A stretch of DNA of 64,000 nucleotides from Candidatus Latescibacterota bacterium (GCA_965222075.1 OZ244937.1:3200001-3264000), one strand, 5' to 3'; counted from the first letter of the stretch, positions 48,893-59,654 are shown. Translations and numbers: made by a program. Notes: a model not told the origin generated them from the letters alone.

Positions 48893-50596
48893 GTGTCCAA
48901 CTCTTTTATTGAAGAGATTGCGCAGCAGGTTTCGGATGCCGCAGGGATGGCGCCCGATGCGCTGACAGACCTGATTGAAGTTCCCCCCGATCCGGAGATG
49001 GGGGACTACGCCCTGCCCTGTTTTGCGCTTGCAAAGACGCTCCGGAAGGCGCCGAACCAGATCGCTGAGGAATTGGCGCAGAAGGTGGCGCCAGGTGAGC
49101 GTATTTCCAGGGTTCGGGCTGTTGGCCCCTACCTGAATTTTTTCGTGAGCCGGGCCGATTTTGTGCAGGAGACACTTTCGGAGATTCTCGCAAAGGGGAG
49201 GGACTACGGGCGAGGCGAGGAGGGCGCAGGAAAGACCGTTGTGATCGATTTTTCTCATCCGAATATTGCCAAGCCTTTTGGAATTCATCACCTGCGTTCA
49301 ACCGTAATAGGCAATGCGCTTCGCAACCTCTTTCGGGCCCTGGGTTACACGGTGGTTGGCATTAACCACTTAGGCGATTGGGGGTCTCAGTTTGCGAAAC
49401 TCATTGTGGCCTGGAAGCGCTGGGGAGGTGGAGAATTCACAGAGGATATTTCCATAGAGACGCTTTTGGAGCTTTATGTTCGGATACATGAGGAAATTGA
49501 AAACGATCCCCAGGTGGAATCGGAGGCAGGTGAGTGGTTCCGCCGTCTTGAGAACCAGGACCCCGAAGCGCGAAGGATGTGGAAGGTGTGCTGTAACATC
49601 AGTTATAAAGAGTTCGACCGGGTTTACAAGATGCTTGGTATCGAGTTTGAATCGATCGCCGGCGAGAGTTTCTACCTGGATAAGATGGCCGATACGGTCG
49701 GGCGACTGGAGGAGAAGGGGTTGACGCAAATCAGTGAGGGGGCAACGATCGTGGACCTGTCAAAATGGGATATGCCACCAGTGATCGTGCGCCGCAGCGA
49801 CGAGGCCTCGCTTTATGCCACTCGTGACATAGCCGCGGCCGAGTACCGCTGGCAGACCTACACATTCGATCAGATGCTTTATGTGGTGGATGTCGCACAG
49901 ACCCTGTACTTCAAGCAGCTTTTCAAGGCCCTGGAATTGATGAGGTATGACTGGAGCCGGAAGTGCACGCATGTGGTTTTCGGTCGTTTGCGGTTTAAAG
50001 ACGGAGGGATGTCCACGCGCAGGGGGAAGATTATCTTTCTGGAGGATGTGCTGAACCGGGCGGTTGAACTGACCCGGAAGATTATTGAGAAGAAGAACCC
50101 CGACCTTCCCGACAAAGATGAGGTCGCCCGGGATGTTGGCATTGGCGCGGTAATCTATGCGGATCTGGATTCCCGACGGATGCGGGACGTGGTGTTCGAC
50201 TGGGACGAGGTCCTGAACTTTAACGGCGAGACAGGCCCCTACGTCCAGTACACCCATGCGCGCTACTGCAGCGTGCTGCGCAAGTATGGCAAAGCGATAC
50301 CACCGTCCGATGTGGACCTTTCTCTGCTGACCGAGCCGGAGACGATCGCCGTGGTGAAGCATCTGGAACAGTTCCCGTCACAGATTCGGAGCGCTGCCGA
50401 GACCTATGAGCCTTCGCTTATCGCGTCCTATCTGATCGAACTCTGCACGGAGGCCAACCGTTTTTACAATGCCCACCGGGTTGTTTCGGAGGATGAGGCC
50501 CTGACCACAGCCCGCATTGCCTTGGTCTACGCGATTACCCTCGTACTGGCGGGCGGCCTGCGCCTGCTGGGGATGAAGGCGCCGGAACAGATGTAG
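48893..50596 (+). CDS. argS: Arginine--tRNA ligase
   Basis: FSHPNIAKPFGIHHLRST, NHLGDWG, MSTRRG, GPYVQYTHAR. Confidence 0.96.
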   Translation: MSNSFIEEIAQQVSDAAGMAPDALTDLIEVPPDPEMGDYALPCFALAKTLRKAPNQIAEELAQKVAPGERISRVRAVGPYLNFFVSRADFVQETLSEILAKGRDYGRGEEGAGKTVVIDFSHPNIAKPFGIHHLRSTVIGNALRNLFRALGYTVVGINHLGDWGSQFAKLIVAWKRWGGGEFTEDISIETLLELYVRIHEEIENDPQVESEAGEWFRRLENQDPEARRMWKVCCNISYKEFDRVYKMLGIEFESIAGESFYLDKMADTVGRLEEKGLTQISEGATIVDLSKWDMPPVIVRRSDEASLYATRDIAAAEYRWQTYTFDQMLYVVDVAQTLYFKQLFKALELMRYDWSRKCTHVVFGRLRFKDGGMSTRRGKIIFLEDVLNRAVELTRKIIEKKNPDLPDKDEVARDVGIGAVIYADLDSRRMRDVVFDWDEVLNFNGETGPYVQYTHARYCSVLRKYGKAIPPSDVDLSLLTEPETIAVVKHLEQFPSQIRSAAETYEPSLIASYLIELCTEANRFYNAHRVVSEDEALTTARIALVYAITLVLAGGLRLLGMKAPEQM

Positions 50597-50717
50597 AAGC
50601 AGGGGGCAGAATTTCGGATTTCGGACCGCAATCCGCTTGATGAAACCGCCGCTGTGGAGCTTGCGAGGAATGCTACCAGAAGAAACGTGCGGAGCGGCTG
50701 GCGAAGAGGCAGGGGCC

Positions 50718-51311
50718 ATGAGCCTCCTGGCCGGCAGGCAGATTTTTCTGACCGGGTTTATGGCCACGGGCAAAAGCAAGATCGGATCCCTTTTGGCCGA
50801 GCGCCTCGGCCGCCTTTTTGTGGATACGGACGAGTTGATTGTGCAGGCGGCCGGGAAGACGGTTCCGGAGATTTTCGAGCAGGACGGGGAGGCGGTTTTC
50901 CGGCGGATTGAACACGACTGCGTGGTGCGGGCCTCGCAGATGCCCGATGCGGTTATTGCCTTGGGCGGGGGGGCGATTACGCAGGAGGCGAACTGGGAGG
51001 TGATCCGGGAGACCGGGGTGTGCGTCTGTTTGCGGGCGTCGGCCGAGACGATTTTTGAACGGGTGAGCCGAACCGAGGGCGAGCGGCCGCTGATGGCCGG
51101 ACTGGACGACGCGGGACGCCTGGCGAAGATAAAAGAGATGCTGGTCGAACGGGAGGCCTATTACAGCCGGGCGGATCTGTTTGTGACGTCGGCCTCGGAC
51201 GGGCTACCGGAGGAGACCGCCGAGGCGGCAATCGCAGAGCTGAGGAAGCGGGAAAAGCAACCACGGATGAAGGCGAGTAATTCGAGCCTGAACACGGATG
51301 AACACGGATAA
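50718..51311 (+). CDS. aroK: Shikimate kinase
   Basis: GFMATGKS, DTD, FRRIE, GGG, RPL. Confidence 0.94.
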   Translation: MSLLAGRQIFLTGFMATGKSKIGSLLAERLGRLFVDTDELIVQAAGKTVPEIFEQDGEAVFRRIEHDCVVRASQMPDAVIALGGGAITQEANWEVIRETGVCVCLRASAETIFERVSRTEGERPLMAGLDDAGRLAKIKEMLVEREAYYSRADLFVTSASDGLPEETAEAAIAELRKREKQPRMKASNSSLNTDEHG

Positions 51312-51416
51312 ATGGCGACCCGCTCCATCTGTAACCCCCTGATTGACTTGAACCCATACGCAGAAAAACGGTTCAAAGTATTGCTGTGGTTCCATGACGG
51401 GCTGGAGGGTTAGGTA

Positions 51417-52535
51417 GTGGAGACGGTTAGGGTCAACCTGGGCAGCCGGAGTTATCCGATTCGGATCGGACACGGGGTTCTGGCGAATTTCGGAGCGGCA
51501 TACGTGGAGCGGGGGCTGGGGAAGTCCGCTGCGATTGTGACGAATCCGACGGTGGCAGCGCATTATCTGGAGCCGGTGCAGAACAGTTTGTCGGCGGCGG
51601 AGGTTAAGGTGGCGGTGGTGACGATGCCCGACGGAGAGGCTTACAAGACGCTGGAGACGGCGGGGACTATTTGCGGCGACCTGATCCGGGCGGGGTTGGA
51701 CCGGGGGTCCTGCATTGTGGCGTTGGGCGGGGGCGTGGTGGGCGATACGGCGGGGTTTGTGGCGGCGACCTACCTGCGGGGGATCGATTTCGTGCAGGCG
51801 CCGACCACGCTGGAGGCGCAGGTGGATGCGAGTGTGGGGGGAAAGACGGCGGTGGACCACCCACTGGGGAAGAATATGATTGGGGCCTTTCACCAGCCCC
51901 GGATGGTGTACATCGATACGGATACGCTGCGCAGCCTGCCCCGGCGGGAGGTGGCCGCAGGGATGACCGAGGTGATCAAGCACGGGCTGATTCGGGACCC
52001 GGGGCTGGTTGCCTTCTTAGAGGAGAAGCTCGAAGCACTTGTGGACCTGAAGGTGGCGCCGGAGGAGATCGACTGGTTGATCGCTCAAAACTGCCGGATC
52101 AAGGCGAGGGTCGTGGAGGCGGACGAGACGGAGGCGGGACTGCGGGAGATTCTGAACTACGGGCATACGGTGGGGCACGCGATTGAGGTGGTGACGGACT
52201 ATCAGGTCTACAAGCACGGGGAGGCGGTGCGTCTGGGGATGCTGGCGGCGGGGAAGGTCGCGCTGGACAAGGGGTTTTGGGGTGAGGCCGATTTCGAGCG
52301 GCAGAACGGGCTGATCCAGCGGCTGGGGGTTCCAGAGGGGGCAGAGAATCTGGATGTGAACAGGCTGCTGGAGCGGATGGAGAGCGACAAAAAGGCCCGG
52401 GGCGGGGTGATCCGGTTCGTGCTGCCCGAAGCGATAGGTCGCGCCGTTTCCTGCGATACGGTAACGCGCTGCGAGATGGGGGCGGGGATTCGCTATATGC
52501 AGCGGTGTTCGGCGGGGGAGGGTCAGAAGCCCTGA
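51417..52535 (+). CDS. aroB: 3-dehydroquinate synthase
   Basis: GGGVVGD, PTT, DASVGGKT, KNMIGAF, LNYGHTVGHAIE. Confidence 0.96.
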   Translation: METVRVNLGSRSYPIRIGHGVLANFGAAYVERGLGKSAAIVTNPTVAAHYLEPVQNSLSAAEVKVAVVTMPDGEAYKTLETAGTICGDLIRAGLDRGSCIVALGGGVVGDTAGFVAATYLRGIDFVQAPTTLEAQVDASVGGKTAVDHPLGKNMIGAFHQPRMVYIDTDTLRSLPRREVAAGMTEVIKHGLIRDPGLVAFLEEKLEALVDLKVAPEEIDWLIAQNCRIKARVVEADETEAGLREILNYGHTVGHAIEVVTDYQVYKHGEAVRLGMLAAGKVALDKGFWGEADFERQNGLIQRLGVPEGAENLDVNRLLERMESDKKARGGVIRFVLPEAIGRAVSCDTVTRCEMGAGIRYMQRCSAGEGQKP

Positions 52536-52607
52536 CAGATTCGAGGGTCCGCTACGCGTGCATCTCGCTAAATTGGCCTTTCATAAACCGCGATTGCAGG
52601 AGTTGAC

Positions 52608-53855
52608 ATGAGCGAGAGAAAGATCCGGGTAGGGGTTATCGGGGTTGGCCGGGGAAAAAGCTTTATGAAAGGCGCGGGCGAGGCCGTGGGGATGGAGCTT
52701 GTGGCCCTGTGCGATATCTGGGAAGAACGCCTCTTAGAGGTTGGCAAGGACTACGGGGTTACGACCTATACCGACTACAACGCTTTTCTCGAACACGACA
52801 TGGACGCGGTCATACTCGCCAATTATTTCCACGAGCACGCGCCTTTCGCCATCCAGGCCTTAGAGGCGGGCAAACACGTGATGAGCGAGACCGCATCGAA
52901 CACGACTCTGGCCGAAGGGGTGGCCCTCTGCCGGGCCGTGGAGAAGACGGGAAAGACCTACATGCTCGCCGAGAACTATCCGTATACAGTCTTCAACCAG
53001 GAGATGCGTCGGGTGTACCGGGCCGGAGAGATCGGCGAGGTTACCTATGCGGAGGGCGAGTACAACCACCCGATGGCGCCGAAAGACCGGCTGCGTATTT
53101 CACCGGGCATAACACACTGGCGCGCATGGCTGCCCTCGACCTATTACTGCACCCACGCCCTGGCGCCACTGATGTATGTCACCGACACGATGCCGGTGAA
53201 GGTGAACGGGCTGTCGATTGCCTGCCGGGAGGTGGATAAACTGACCGTGCGCGTGGCCGATCCCGGTTCGGTTATCCTCTGCCGCATGGACAACGGGGCG
53301 GTGTTCCGCATCTTCGGCCTGCTGCTGCCGGGACACAGCAACTGGTATCGGGTGCACGGTTCGCGGGGGGCGATGGAGATCGCGCGGGGGCCGGGATATT
53401 TCGGGCCGGGGCAGATCCGGGTGTGGCACGAGGCGTGGGACCTCAAACCGGGCGAAGAAGCAGAGCGGGTCTATACGCCGGACTGGTCCGAGCACGGCGA
53501 CCTGGCCCGCAGGGCCGGCCACGGGGGCGGGGACTTCTGGACCAGCCTCCATTTTGCCAATGCCATCCGTTCGGGAGAGCCGCCGTTCCTGGATGTGTAT
53601 CGCGGGGTGGCGATGTCCTCGGTGGGCATTCTCGCCTGGAAGAGCGCCTTAGAAGACGGAAGGCCGTTTGATATGCCGGACTTCAAAGATGAGGAGGACC
53701 GCAGGGGAGTCGAAAACGACCACTGGTCGCCCTGGCCGCAACACGCCGGCCCGGGCCAGCCGCTCCCCAGTATTTTGGGCAGGGTACGGCCGACGTCTGA
53801 AGGGATCGCCCACGCGCGGAAGGTATGGGAGGAGATCGGGTATAGGGGGGAGTAG
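52608..53855 (+). CDS. Gfo/Idh/MocA family oxidoreductase
   Basis: GVIGVGRG, AGKHVMSE, YCTH, GHGGGD. Confidence 0.88.
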   Translation: MSERKIRVGVIGVGRGKSFMKGAGEAVGMELVALCDIWEERLLEVGKDYGVTTYTDYNAFLEHDMDAVILANYFHEHAPFAIQALEAGKHVMSETASNTTLAEGVALCRAVEKTGKTYMLAENYPYTVFNQEMRRVYRAGEIGEVTYAEGEYNHPMAPKDRLRISPGITHWRAWLPSTYYCTHALAPLMYVTDTMPVKVNGLSIACREVDKLTVRVADPGSVILCRMDNGAVFRIFGLLLPGHSNWYRVHGSRGAMEIARGPGYFGPGQIRVWHEAWDLKPGEEAERVYTPDWSEHGDLARRAGHGGGDFWTSLHFANAIRSGEPPFLDVYRGVAMSSVGILAWKSALEDGRPFDMPDFKDEEDRRGVENDHWSPWPQHAGPGQPLPSILGRVRPTSEGIAHARKVWEEIGYRGE

Positions 53856-53928
53856 TCTCCTGTCGATGGCTGAGTCAGCCCTATAATTTTTTTGACCGAT
53901 GCCGGCTGTCAACATGGAGGGGCGGGTT

Positions 53929-55356
53929 CTAAACCCGCCCCTGTTTCTTTTTGGGGATGTAGAGGTCGGTTGCCGTGCCGAGGTAGATTTCCGCGGCGAT
54001 GCCGATCGATTCGGAGAGAGAGGGGTGGGGGTGGATGCTTTCAGCGAGGTCCTCGGCCACGGCGGCCATTTCGACGGCGAGCACCCCTTCAGCGATGAGT
54101 TCGCCCGCGTTGAGGCCGACGATGCCCACGCCGAGAATGCGGCCGGTGTCGGGGTCAATGACCAGTTTGGTGAGTCCCTCGGTGCGGCCGAGGGTGGCGG
54201 CACGTCCGGAAGCGGCCCAGGGGAAACGGGCGACTTCGATCCGCCGGTTTTCCTGTTTGGCCCGGGTTTCGGTGAGGCCGCACCAGGCCACTTCGGGGTC
54301 GGTGTAGACGACGGCGGGAATGACTTTGTCGAAGGCGACGGGTTCGGAGGCCAAAACTTCGGCGGCGATTTTGCCTTCGTGTGCGGCTTTGTGGGCCAGT
54401 CCGGGGCCTTCGACCACATCGCCGATGGCGAAGATGCGTTCGTCCTTTGTGCGCATTTGAGAATCGACCGTGATGAACCCCCGTTTGTTTACTTCGACCC
54501 GCGTGTTTTCAAGGCCGAGGGTTTCGCTGTTGGGGCGCCGGCCTACGGAGAGCAGGAGTTTGTCGAAGGTCTGCTGTTTTTTTTCGATCTCGCCTTCGAA
54601 GGTGACGGCGATGCCCTTCTGTGTCTCTTTTAGGGCGGTGACGCTGGTGTTGAGGTGGATGCCCTCACAGATCTTTTTCATCCGGCCGTGCAGGGGTTTA
54701 ACCAGGTCCCGGTCGGTGCCCGGGAGCAGGCCATCGGTGATTTCGACAACAGTGACCCTGCTGCCCAGTTCGGCGTAGACGGTGCTGAGCTCCAGGCCGA
54801 TGATGCCGCCGCCGACGCTCAGGAGGCGTTTGGGGATGTCTCTTAGTTCGAGGGCCGAGGTGGAGTCCAGCAGGCGGGGGCTGTTGATGTCGAATACGGG
54901 GAGGGTACCAGGCCGTGATCCGGTGGCGACGACGGCATGGTTGAATTCGATGTGGGAAAGGGTGTCGCTGCCTTCGATGCGAACGCGCTGCGAGCTTTCA
55001 AAAGCGGCGCGGCCCTGGATACGCGTGACTTTGCGCTTTTTGCAGAGGCCGGAGAGGCCGCTGGATAGGCGGCCGATGATGCCGTCTTTCCAATCCCGCA
55101 TCCTGTCCAGGTCGAGCCTGGGTTTCTGGAAGATGAGGCCCCAGTCTTCCGCCTCCCGGGATTCTGCAATCAGGCCGGCCGCGTGCAGGAGAGCCTTGGA
55201 AGGGATACACCCCCGAAGGAGACAGGTGCCGCCGAGGCGGTCGTCGGCTTCAACAAGCGCGACCTCCATACCCAGGTCGGCGGCCCGAAAGGCTGCGGCA
55301 TATCCGCCGGGGCCGCCACCGATGACGAGGAGGTCGGTTTTGTGGGTGGTGGACAT
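53929..55356 (-). CDS. lpdA: Dihydrolipoyl dehydrogenase (E3)
   Basis: GGGPGGY, CLLRGCIPSK, HPHPSLSE. Confidence 0.96.
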   Translation of the reverse strand: MSTTHKTDLLVIGGGPGGYAAAFRAADLGMEVALVEADDRLGGTCLLRGCIPSKALLHAAGLIAESREAEDWGLIFQKPRLDLDRMRDWKDGIIGRLSSGLSGLCKKRKVTRIQGRAAFESSQRVRIEGSDTLSHIEFNHAVVATGSRPGTLPVFDINSPRLLDSTSALELRDIPKRLLSVGGGIIGLELSTVYAELGSRVTVVEITDGLLPGTDRDLVKPLHGRMKKICEGIHLNTSVTALKETQKGIAVTFEGEIEKKQQTFDKLLLSVGRRPNSETLGLENTRVEVNKRGFITVDSQMRTKDERIFAIGDVVEGPGLAHKAAHEGKIAAEVLASEPVAFDKVIPAVVYTDPEVAWCGLTETRAKQENRRIEVARFPWAASGRAATLGRTEGLTKLVIDPDTGRILGVGIVGLNAGELIAEGVLAVEMAAVAEDLAESIHPHPSLSESIGIAAEIYLGTATDLYIPKKKQGRV

Positions 55357-55426
55357 TGAGAGAGGCTTGATCGGTAATCCTGTGTAGGGGCAAAGCATGC
55401 GTCGCCCCTGCGGCAGTGGGGTTTGT

Positions 55427-56671
55427 TTATCCTCCCAGCAGCATGCGTCCGGGGTTTTCGAGGGACTCGACCAGGTGTTTGGTGAAGCGGGCGCCGTCTG
55501 CGCCGTCGATGACGCGGTGGTCGTAGGAAAGGCAGATGGGCATGATCAGACGGGGTTCGACCCGCCCGTTGCGGACGACCGGCTCTTGCCGGCTCTGGCT
55601 GATGCCCAGGATGCCGACTTCCGGGAAGTTGATGATGGGGGTGAAGGCGGTGCCGCTGATGCTACCGAGGTTGGTGATGGTGAAGGTGCCGCCCTGCAGT
55701 TCTTCGAGGTCGGCTTTGCCCTGACGCGCGCGCTCGGCGAGTTCGGCGAGTTCGGCGGCGAGTTCGAAGATGTCTTTTCGGTCTACGTCCCGGATGACGG
55801 GGACGAGCAGCCCCCGCTCGGTGTCTACGGCGATGCCGATGTGGTAGTAGCGCTTGAGGATGAGTTCGCCTGCGGCCGAATCGAGGCTGGCGTTGAACCG
55901 GGGGAAGGCCTTCAATGCGGTGATGACGGCTTTGAGGGTGAGGGCAGTGGGGGTGAGTTTCCCGCCCCGGGCTTCGGCTTCGGCCTTGTGCCGCTGCCGG
56001 AAGGCCTCTAAGTCGGTGACGTCGGCACGGTCGAACTGGGTGACGTGGGGGGCCTGGGTCCAGGCGATGCTCAAATTTTCGGCGATTTTTCGGCGGACGG
56101 CGCGGAGGGGCTGCCGATCGACTTCGCCCCATCTGGTGAAGTCAGGCAGGGGGGGTGCCGTTAGAGGCGCACCGGCTGCGGGTCTGTCCGACATCGTTTT
56201 CTGAACGTAGGCCTTGACGTCTTCACGGGTGATCCGCCCCCCTGCGCCGGTGCCTGTGACCCGGTGCAGGTCGATGCCGAGCTCGCGGGCAAACCGCCGG
56301 ACGGACGGGGCGGCCGGTAAGGGGGCTTCGGGCTTCTCCGGTAGAGACGGCGGCGCCGGGGCTTCAGGGGGGGGCGCCTTTTCAGGTTCGGGGGATGGCT
56401 CCGGTTCGGCGAGGGCCGCCGCCGGAACCGCCCCGGTCTCTTCAACGGCAATCAGGACGGTGCCGACGGGCACGCTGTCTCCCTCTTTGACGTTTATCGA
56501 TACGATCTTTCCGGCGAAGGAAGAAGGGACTTCGATGAGCGCCTTGTCGGTTTCCAGCTCAAGGACCGGCTGGTCCACATGGATCTGGTCGCCTTCGGAG
56601 ACGAGTACGCGCGCCACGTCTCCGGATTCGATTCCTTCCCCCAGGTCGGGGAGTTTGAACTCTTTGGCCAC
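55427..56671 (-). CDS. aceF: Dihydrolipoamide acetyltransferase (E2), single lipoyl domain
   Basis: ETDKA, PSVRRFARELG, DHRVIDG. Confidence 0.93.
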   Translation of the reverse strand: MAKEFKLPDLGEGIESGDVARVLVSEGDQIHVDQPVLELETDKALIEVPSSFAGKIVSINVKEGDSVPVGTVLIAVEETGAVPAAALAEPEPSPEPEKAPPPEAPAPPSLPEKPEAPLPAAPSVRRFARELGIDLHRVTGTGAGGRITREDVKAYVQKTMSDRPAAGAPLTAPPLPDFTRWGEVDRQPLRAVRRKIAENLSIAWTQAPHVTQFDRADVTDLEAFRQRHKAEAEARGGKLTPTALTLKAVITALKAFPRFNASLDSAAGELILKRYYHIGIAVDTERGLLVPVIRDVDRKDIFELAAELAELAERARQGKADLEELQGGTFTITNLGSISGTAFTPIINFPEVGILGISQSRQEPVVRNGRVEPRLIMPICLSYDHRVIDGADGARFTKHLVESLENPGRMLLGG

Positions 56672-56772
56672 GTTCCCTCCTCTGTGAAACGTGAAACGTG
56701 CCATCCCACCTCACCACCCAAATCCGGAAGCCACGGTTCCGGAGAAGGGCCGTTTGCCGTTTCACCTATTCC

Positions 56773-59478
56773 TTACTTGTAACTGATGACCGGTCCGGCC
56801 GCCACGGGGTCGACCTTTTCTGGGTCAATGCCGAGGTCCTGAATGGCTTTTTTCACCTGTTCTTTCTCTACTTTGCACTGTTTTGACAGTGCGTAGAGGG
56901 CCCCGACCGCGATCGATTCGGCATCAACCTCGAAGTGCCGGCGCAGGGCCTCCCGGGAGTCGCTCCTGCCAAAGCCGTCGGCACCCAGAGCGTGCAGGTC
57001 TCCCGGTATCCAGGGGCGGATCATATCGGGCAGGGTTTTCATGTAGTCGGACGCGGCCACGATAGGTCCCTCCGCCTTTTCAAGCACTTTAGTAATATAG
57101 GGTTTTCGGGGGCGTCTGGCGGCGGGATGGAGCATGTTCCACCGTTCGACCTCCAGGGCCTCCCGCCGCAGTTCTTTGTAGCTGGTGACGCTCCAGACAT
57201 CGGCCGATACCCTGAACCGATCGGCCAGGATCTCCTGCGCTCGCAGCGCTTCCCGGAGGATGGAGCCGCTGCCAAAGAGTTGTAATTTGAGCTGGCCCTT
57301 TTTCCGTTCACCGGCTTTGAGTTTGTAGATGCCCTTGAGGATGCCTTCGGTTGCGCCTTCGGGCATGGAGGGCATGGCATAAGGCTCGTTTCCGAACGTA
57401 AGGTAGTAGAAGATGTCTTCCTGCTCCCGGTACATCCGCCGGATGCCGTCCTGGACGATGACGGCGATTTCATAGGCGTAGGCGGGATCGTAGGCCAGCA
57501 GGTTGGGGACGGTGCTGGCCAGGACGTGACTGTGCCCGTCTTCGTGCTGCAGCCCCTCGCCGCTGAGGGTGGTTCGCCCGGCCGTGCCCCCCAGCAGGAA
57601 GCCTCTGCAGCGCATGTCGGCGGCGGCCCAGATGAGGTCTCCGATCCGCTGGAATCCGAACATGGAGTAGTAGATGAAGAAGGGGATGGTATTGACGCCG
57701 TGCGTGGCGTAGGCAGTGCCGGCCGCGATGAAGGAAGACATAGCGCCCGCCTCGTTGATCCCCTCTTCCAGGATCTGTCCGTCTCTGGCCTCGCGGTAGT
57801 AGAGGAGGGTATCCGCATCCACCGGTTCGTAGAGCTGGCCGACGTGGGAATAGATGCCGCACTGCCGGAAGAGAGGCTCCATACCGAAGGTCCGGGACTC
57901 GTCGGGGATGATGGGGACGATCCGGCTGCCGATCTCGGGATCCCGCAGGAGTTTGGAGAACATGCGGACGAAGGCCATGGTGGTGGAGACCTCTCGACCG
58001 CCGGTCCCCTTCAGGAACTCATCGAAAGTATCTATCGAAGGGGTCTTCAGGGGTTTGGTGCGTATCTCCCGGATGGGCAGATAACCGCCCAGTTCCTCCC
58101 TCTGCTTTTTCATGTACTGGATTTCCAAGCTGTCTTCCGGAGGGCGGTAGAAGGGGGCCTCGGCTACTTTTTCATCCGAGATGGGGATGCCGAAGCGGGA
58201 GCGGAATTCCCGGAGTTCATCTTCGTTGAGCTTTTTCTGCTGATGGGTCACGTTTCGCCCTTCACCGTGCTCGCCCATGCCGTATCCCTTGACGGTTTTG
58301 GCCAGGATGACGGTGGGCGAGCCCTTGTGTTCCACAGCGGCCCTGTAAGCCGCGTAGACTTTCTCGGGGTCGTGCCCACCGCGCCGGAGTTTGCGGAGCT
58401 GCTCGTCGGAGTAGTGTTCGACTATTTTGAGCAGTTCGGGATGGGTGCCAAAGAAGTCTTTGCGGATGTAGTCCCCCGATTCGACGGTGTATTTCTGGTA
58501 CTGGCCGTCCACCACTTCGTTCATACGCTGCATCAGGATCCCACCGTCGTCCTGGGCCAGGAGGGGGTCCCAGTCGTCACCCCAGATAACTTTGATGGCG
58601 TTCCAGCCGGCCCCCCGGAAGATGGTCTCTAACTCCTGGATGATCTTGCCATTGCCCCGCACCGGGCCGTCCAGCCGCTGCAGGTTGCAGTTGATCACAA
58701 AGATCAGGTTGTCCAGCTTTTCTCTGGCCGCCAGGGTGATGGCCCCCAGGGATTCGGGTTCGTCGGCCTCTCCATCCCCCATAAAGACCCAGACGTGCGA
58801 CCCGGAAGTATCCTTCAGGCTCCGGTCTTCCAGGTAGCGGTTGAACCGCGCCTGGTAGATGCCCATAATCGGGGCCAGGCCCATCGAGACGGTCGGATAC
58901 TCCCAGAAGTCGGGCATAAGCCAGGGGTGGGGGTAGGAGGAGAGTCCGCCAGGGTGTCTCAGTTCCCGCCGGAAGTTCTCAAGGTGTTCCTCATCGATTC
59001 GGCCCTCTAAGAAGGCCCGGGCATAGATCCCCGGGGAGGCGTGCCCCTGGAAGTAGACCTGGTCCCCGGAGAAGCCTTCTTCCTTTCCCCGAAAGAAATG
59101 GCCGAACCCCACCTCCAGCAGGGTGGCCGCAGAGGCGTAGGTGGAGATGTGTCCGCCGATGCCGTCGTACTCCCGGTTGGCCCGAACGACCATGGCCATG
59201 GCGTTCCACCGGATCATGCTTTTGATGCGCCGTTCGATCTCCCGGTTTCCCGGATAGGGGAGCTGCTGTTCGGCCGGAATGGTGTTGATATAGGGCGTGT
59301 TTGCGCTGAAGGGGATCTCCACCCCTGCCCTGTGCGTCCACTCTTCCAGTCTCTCAAGCAGGAAACGGACCCGGTCGGGACCGCGGTGCTCTAAGGCATA
59401 GTCGAGCGATTCTATCCATTCCCAGGTTTCGGCAGGATCGACATCATGCGTTGGTGTTCTGAGTACTTTATCTGACAT
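56773..59478 (-). CDS. aceE: Pyruvate dehydrogenase E1, homodimeric type
   Basis: GGHIS, PTVSMGL, GDGE..E..N, GEGLQHEDG. Confidence 0.97.
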   Translation of the reverse strand: MSDKVLRTPTHDVDPAETWEWIESLDYALEHRGPDRVRFLLERLEEWTHRAGVEIPFSANTPYINTIPAEQQLPYPGNREIERRIKSMIRWNAMAMVVRANREYDGIGGHISTYASAATLLEVGFGHFFRGKEEGFSGDQVYFQGHASPGIYARAFLEGRIDEEHLENFRRELRHPGGLSSYPHPWLMPDFWEYPTVSMGLAPIMGIYQARFNRYLEDRSLKDTSGSHVWVFMGDGEADEPESLGAITLAAREKLDNLIFVINCNLQRLDGPVRGNGKIIQELETIFRGAGWNAIKVIWGDDWDPLLAQDDGGILMQRMNEVVDGQYQKYTVESGDYIRKDFFGTHPELLKIVEHYSDEQLRKLRRGGHDPEKVYAAYRAAVEHKGSPTVILAKTVKGYGMGEHGEGRNVTHQQKKLNEDELREFRSRFGIPISDEKVAEAPFYRPPEDSLEIQYMKKQREELGGYLPIREIRTKPLKTPSIDTFDEFLKGTGGREVSTTMAFVRMFSKLLRDPEIGSRIVPIIPDESRTFGMEPLFRQCGIYSHVGQLYEPVDADTLLYYREARDGQILEEGINEAGAMSSFIAAGTAYATHGVNTIPFFIYYSMFGFQRIGDLIWAAADMRCRGFLLGGTAGRTTLSGEGLQHEDGHSHVLASTVPNLLAYDPAYAYEIAVIVQDGIRRMYREQEDIFYYLTFGNEPYAMPSMPEGATEGILKGIYKLKAGERKKGQLKLQLFGSGSILREALRAQEILADRFRVSADVWSVTSYKELRREALEVERWNMLHPAARRPRKPYITKVLEKAEGPIVAASDYMKTLPDMIRPWIPGDLHALGADGFGRSDSREALRRHFEVDAESIAVGALYALSKQCKVEKEQVKKAIQDLGIDPEKVDPVAAGPVISYK

Positions 59479-59605
59479 GGAACGCTCTCTTTTTAAATTG
59501 AATATTGCCAGAGTTGAATAATGGACGATTCACTCAGATCGTCTCCCCACCCTGGTTCAAACAAGGGTGTATGCCTGCAACGTAGAATGGTTGTAACAAT
59601 CTCTC

Positions 59606-59634
59606 AATTTACCAGTAGATGAGCAAAATGTCAA
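59606..59634 (-). promoter_or_regulatory. Sigma-70 promoter of the PDH operon
   Basis: TTGACA-17 bp-TAAATT on the minus strand. Confidence 0.65.
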
Positions 59635-59654
59635 CCGTACGTAGAGCATCAGAT

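Noticed and set aside
51291-51312. Short heptamer to decamer repeats (AACACGGATG; also near 50607, 56685, 62365)
   Set aside because: Only 2-4 units each; too little evidence for function.
59586-59600. TTGTAACAA near-palindrome by the PDH promoter as a GntR-type operator
   Set aside because: Too short and no regulator nearby.
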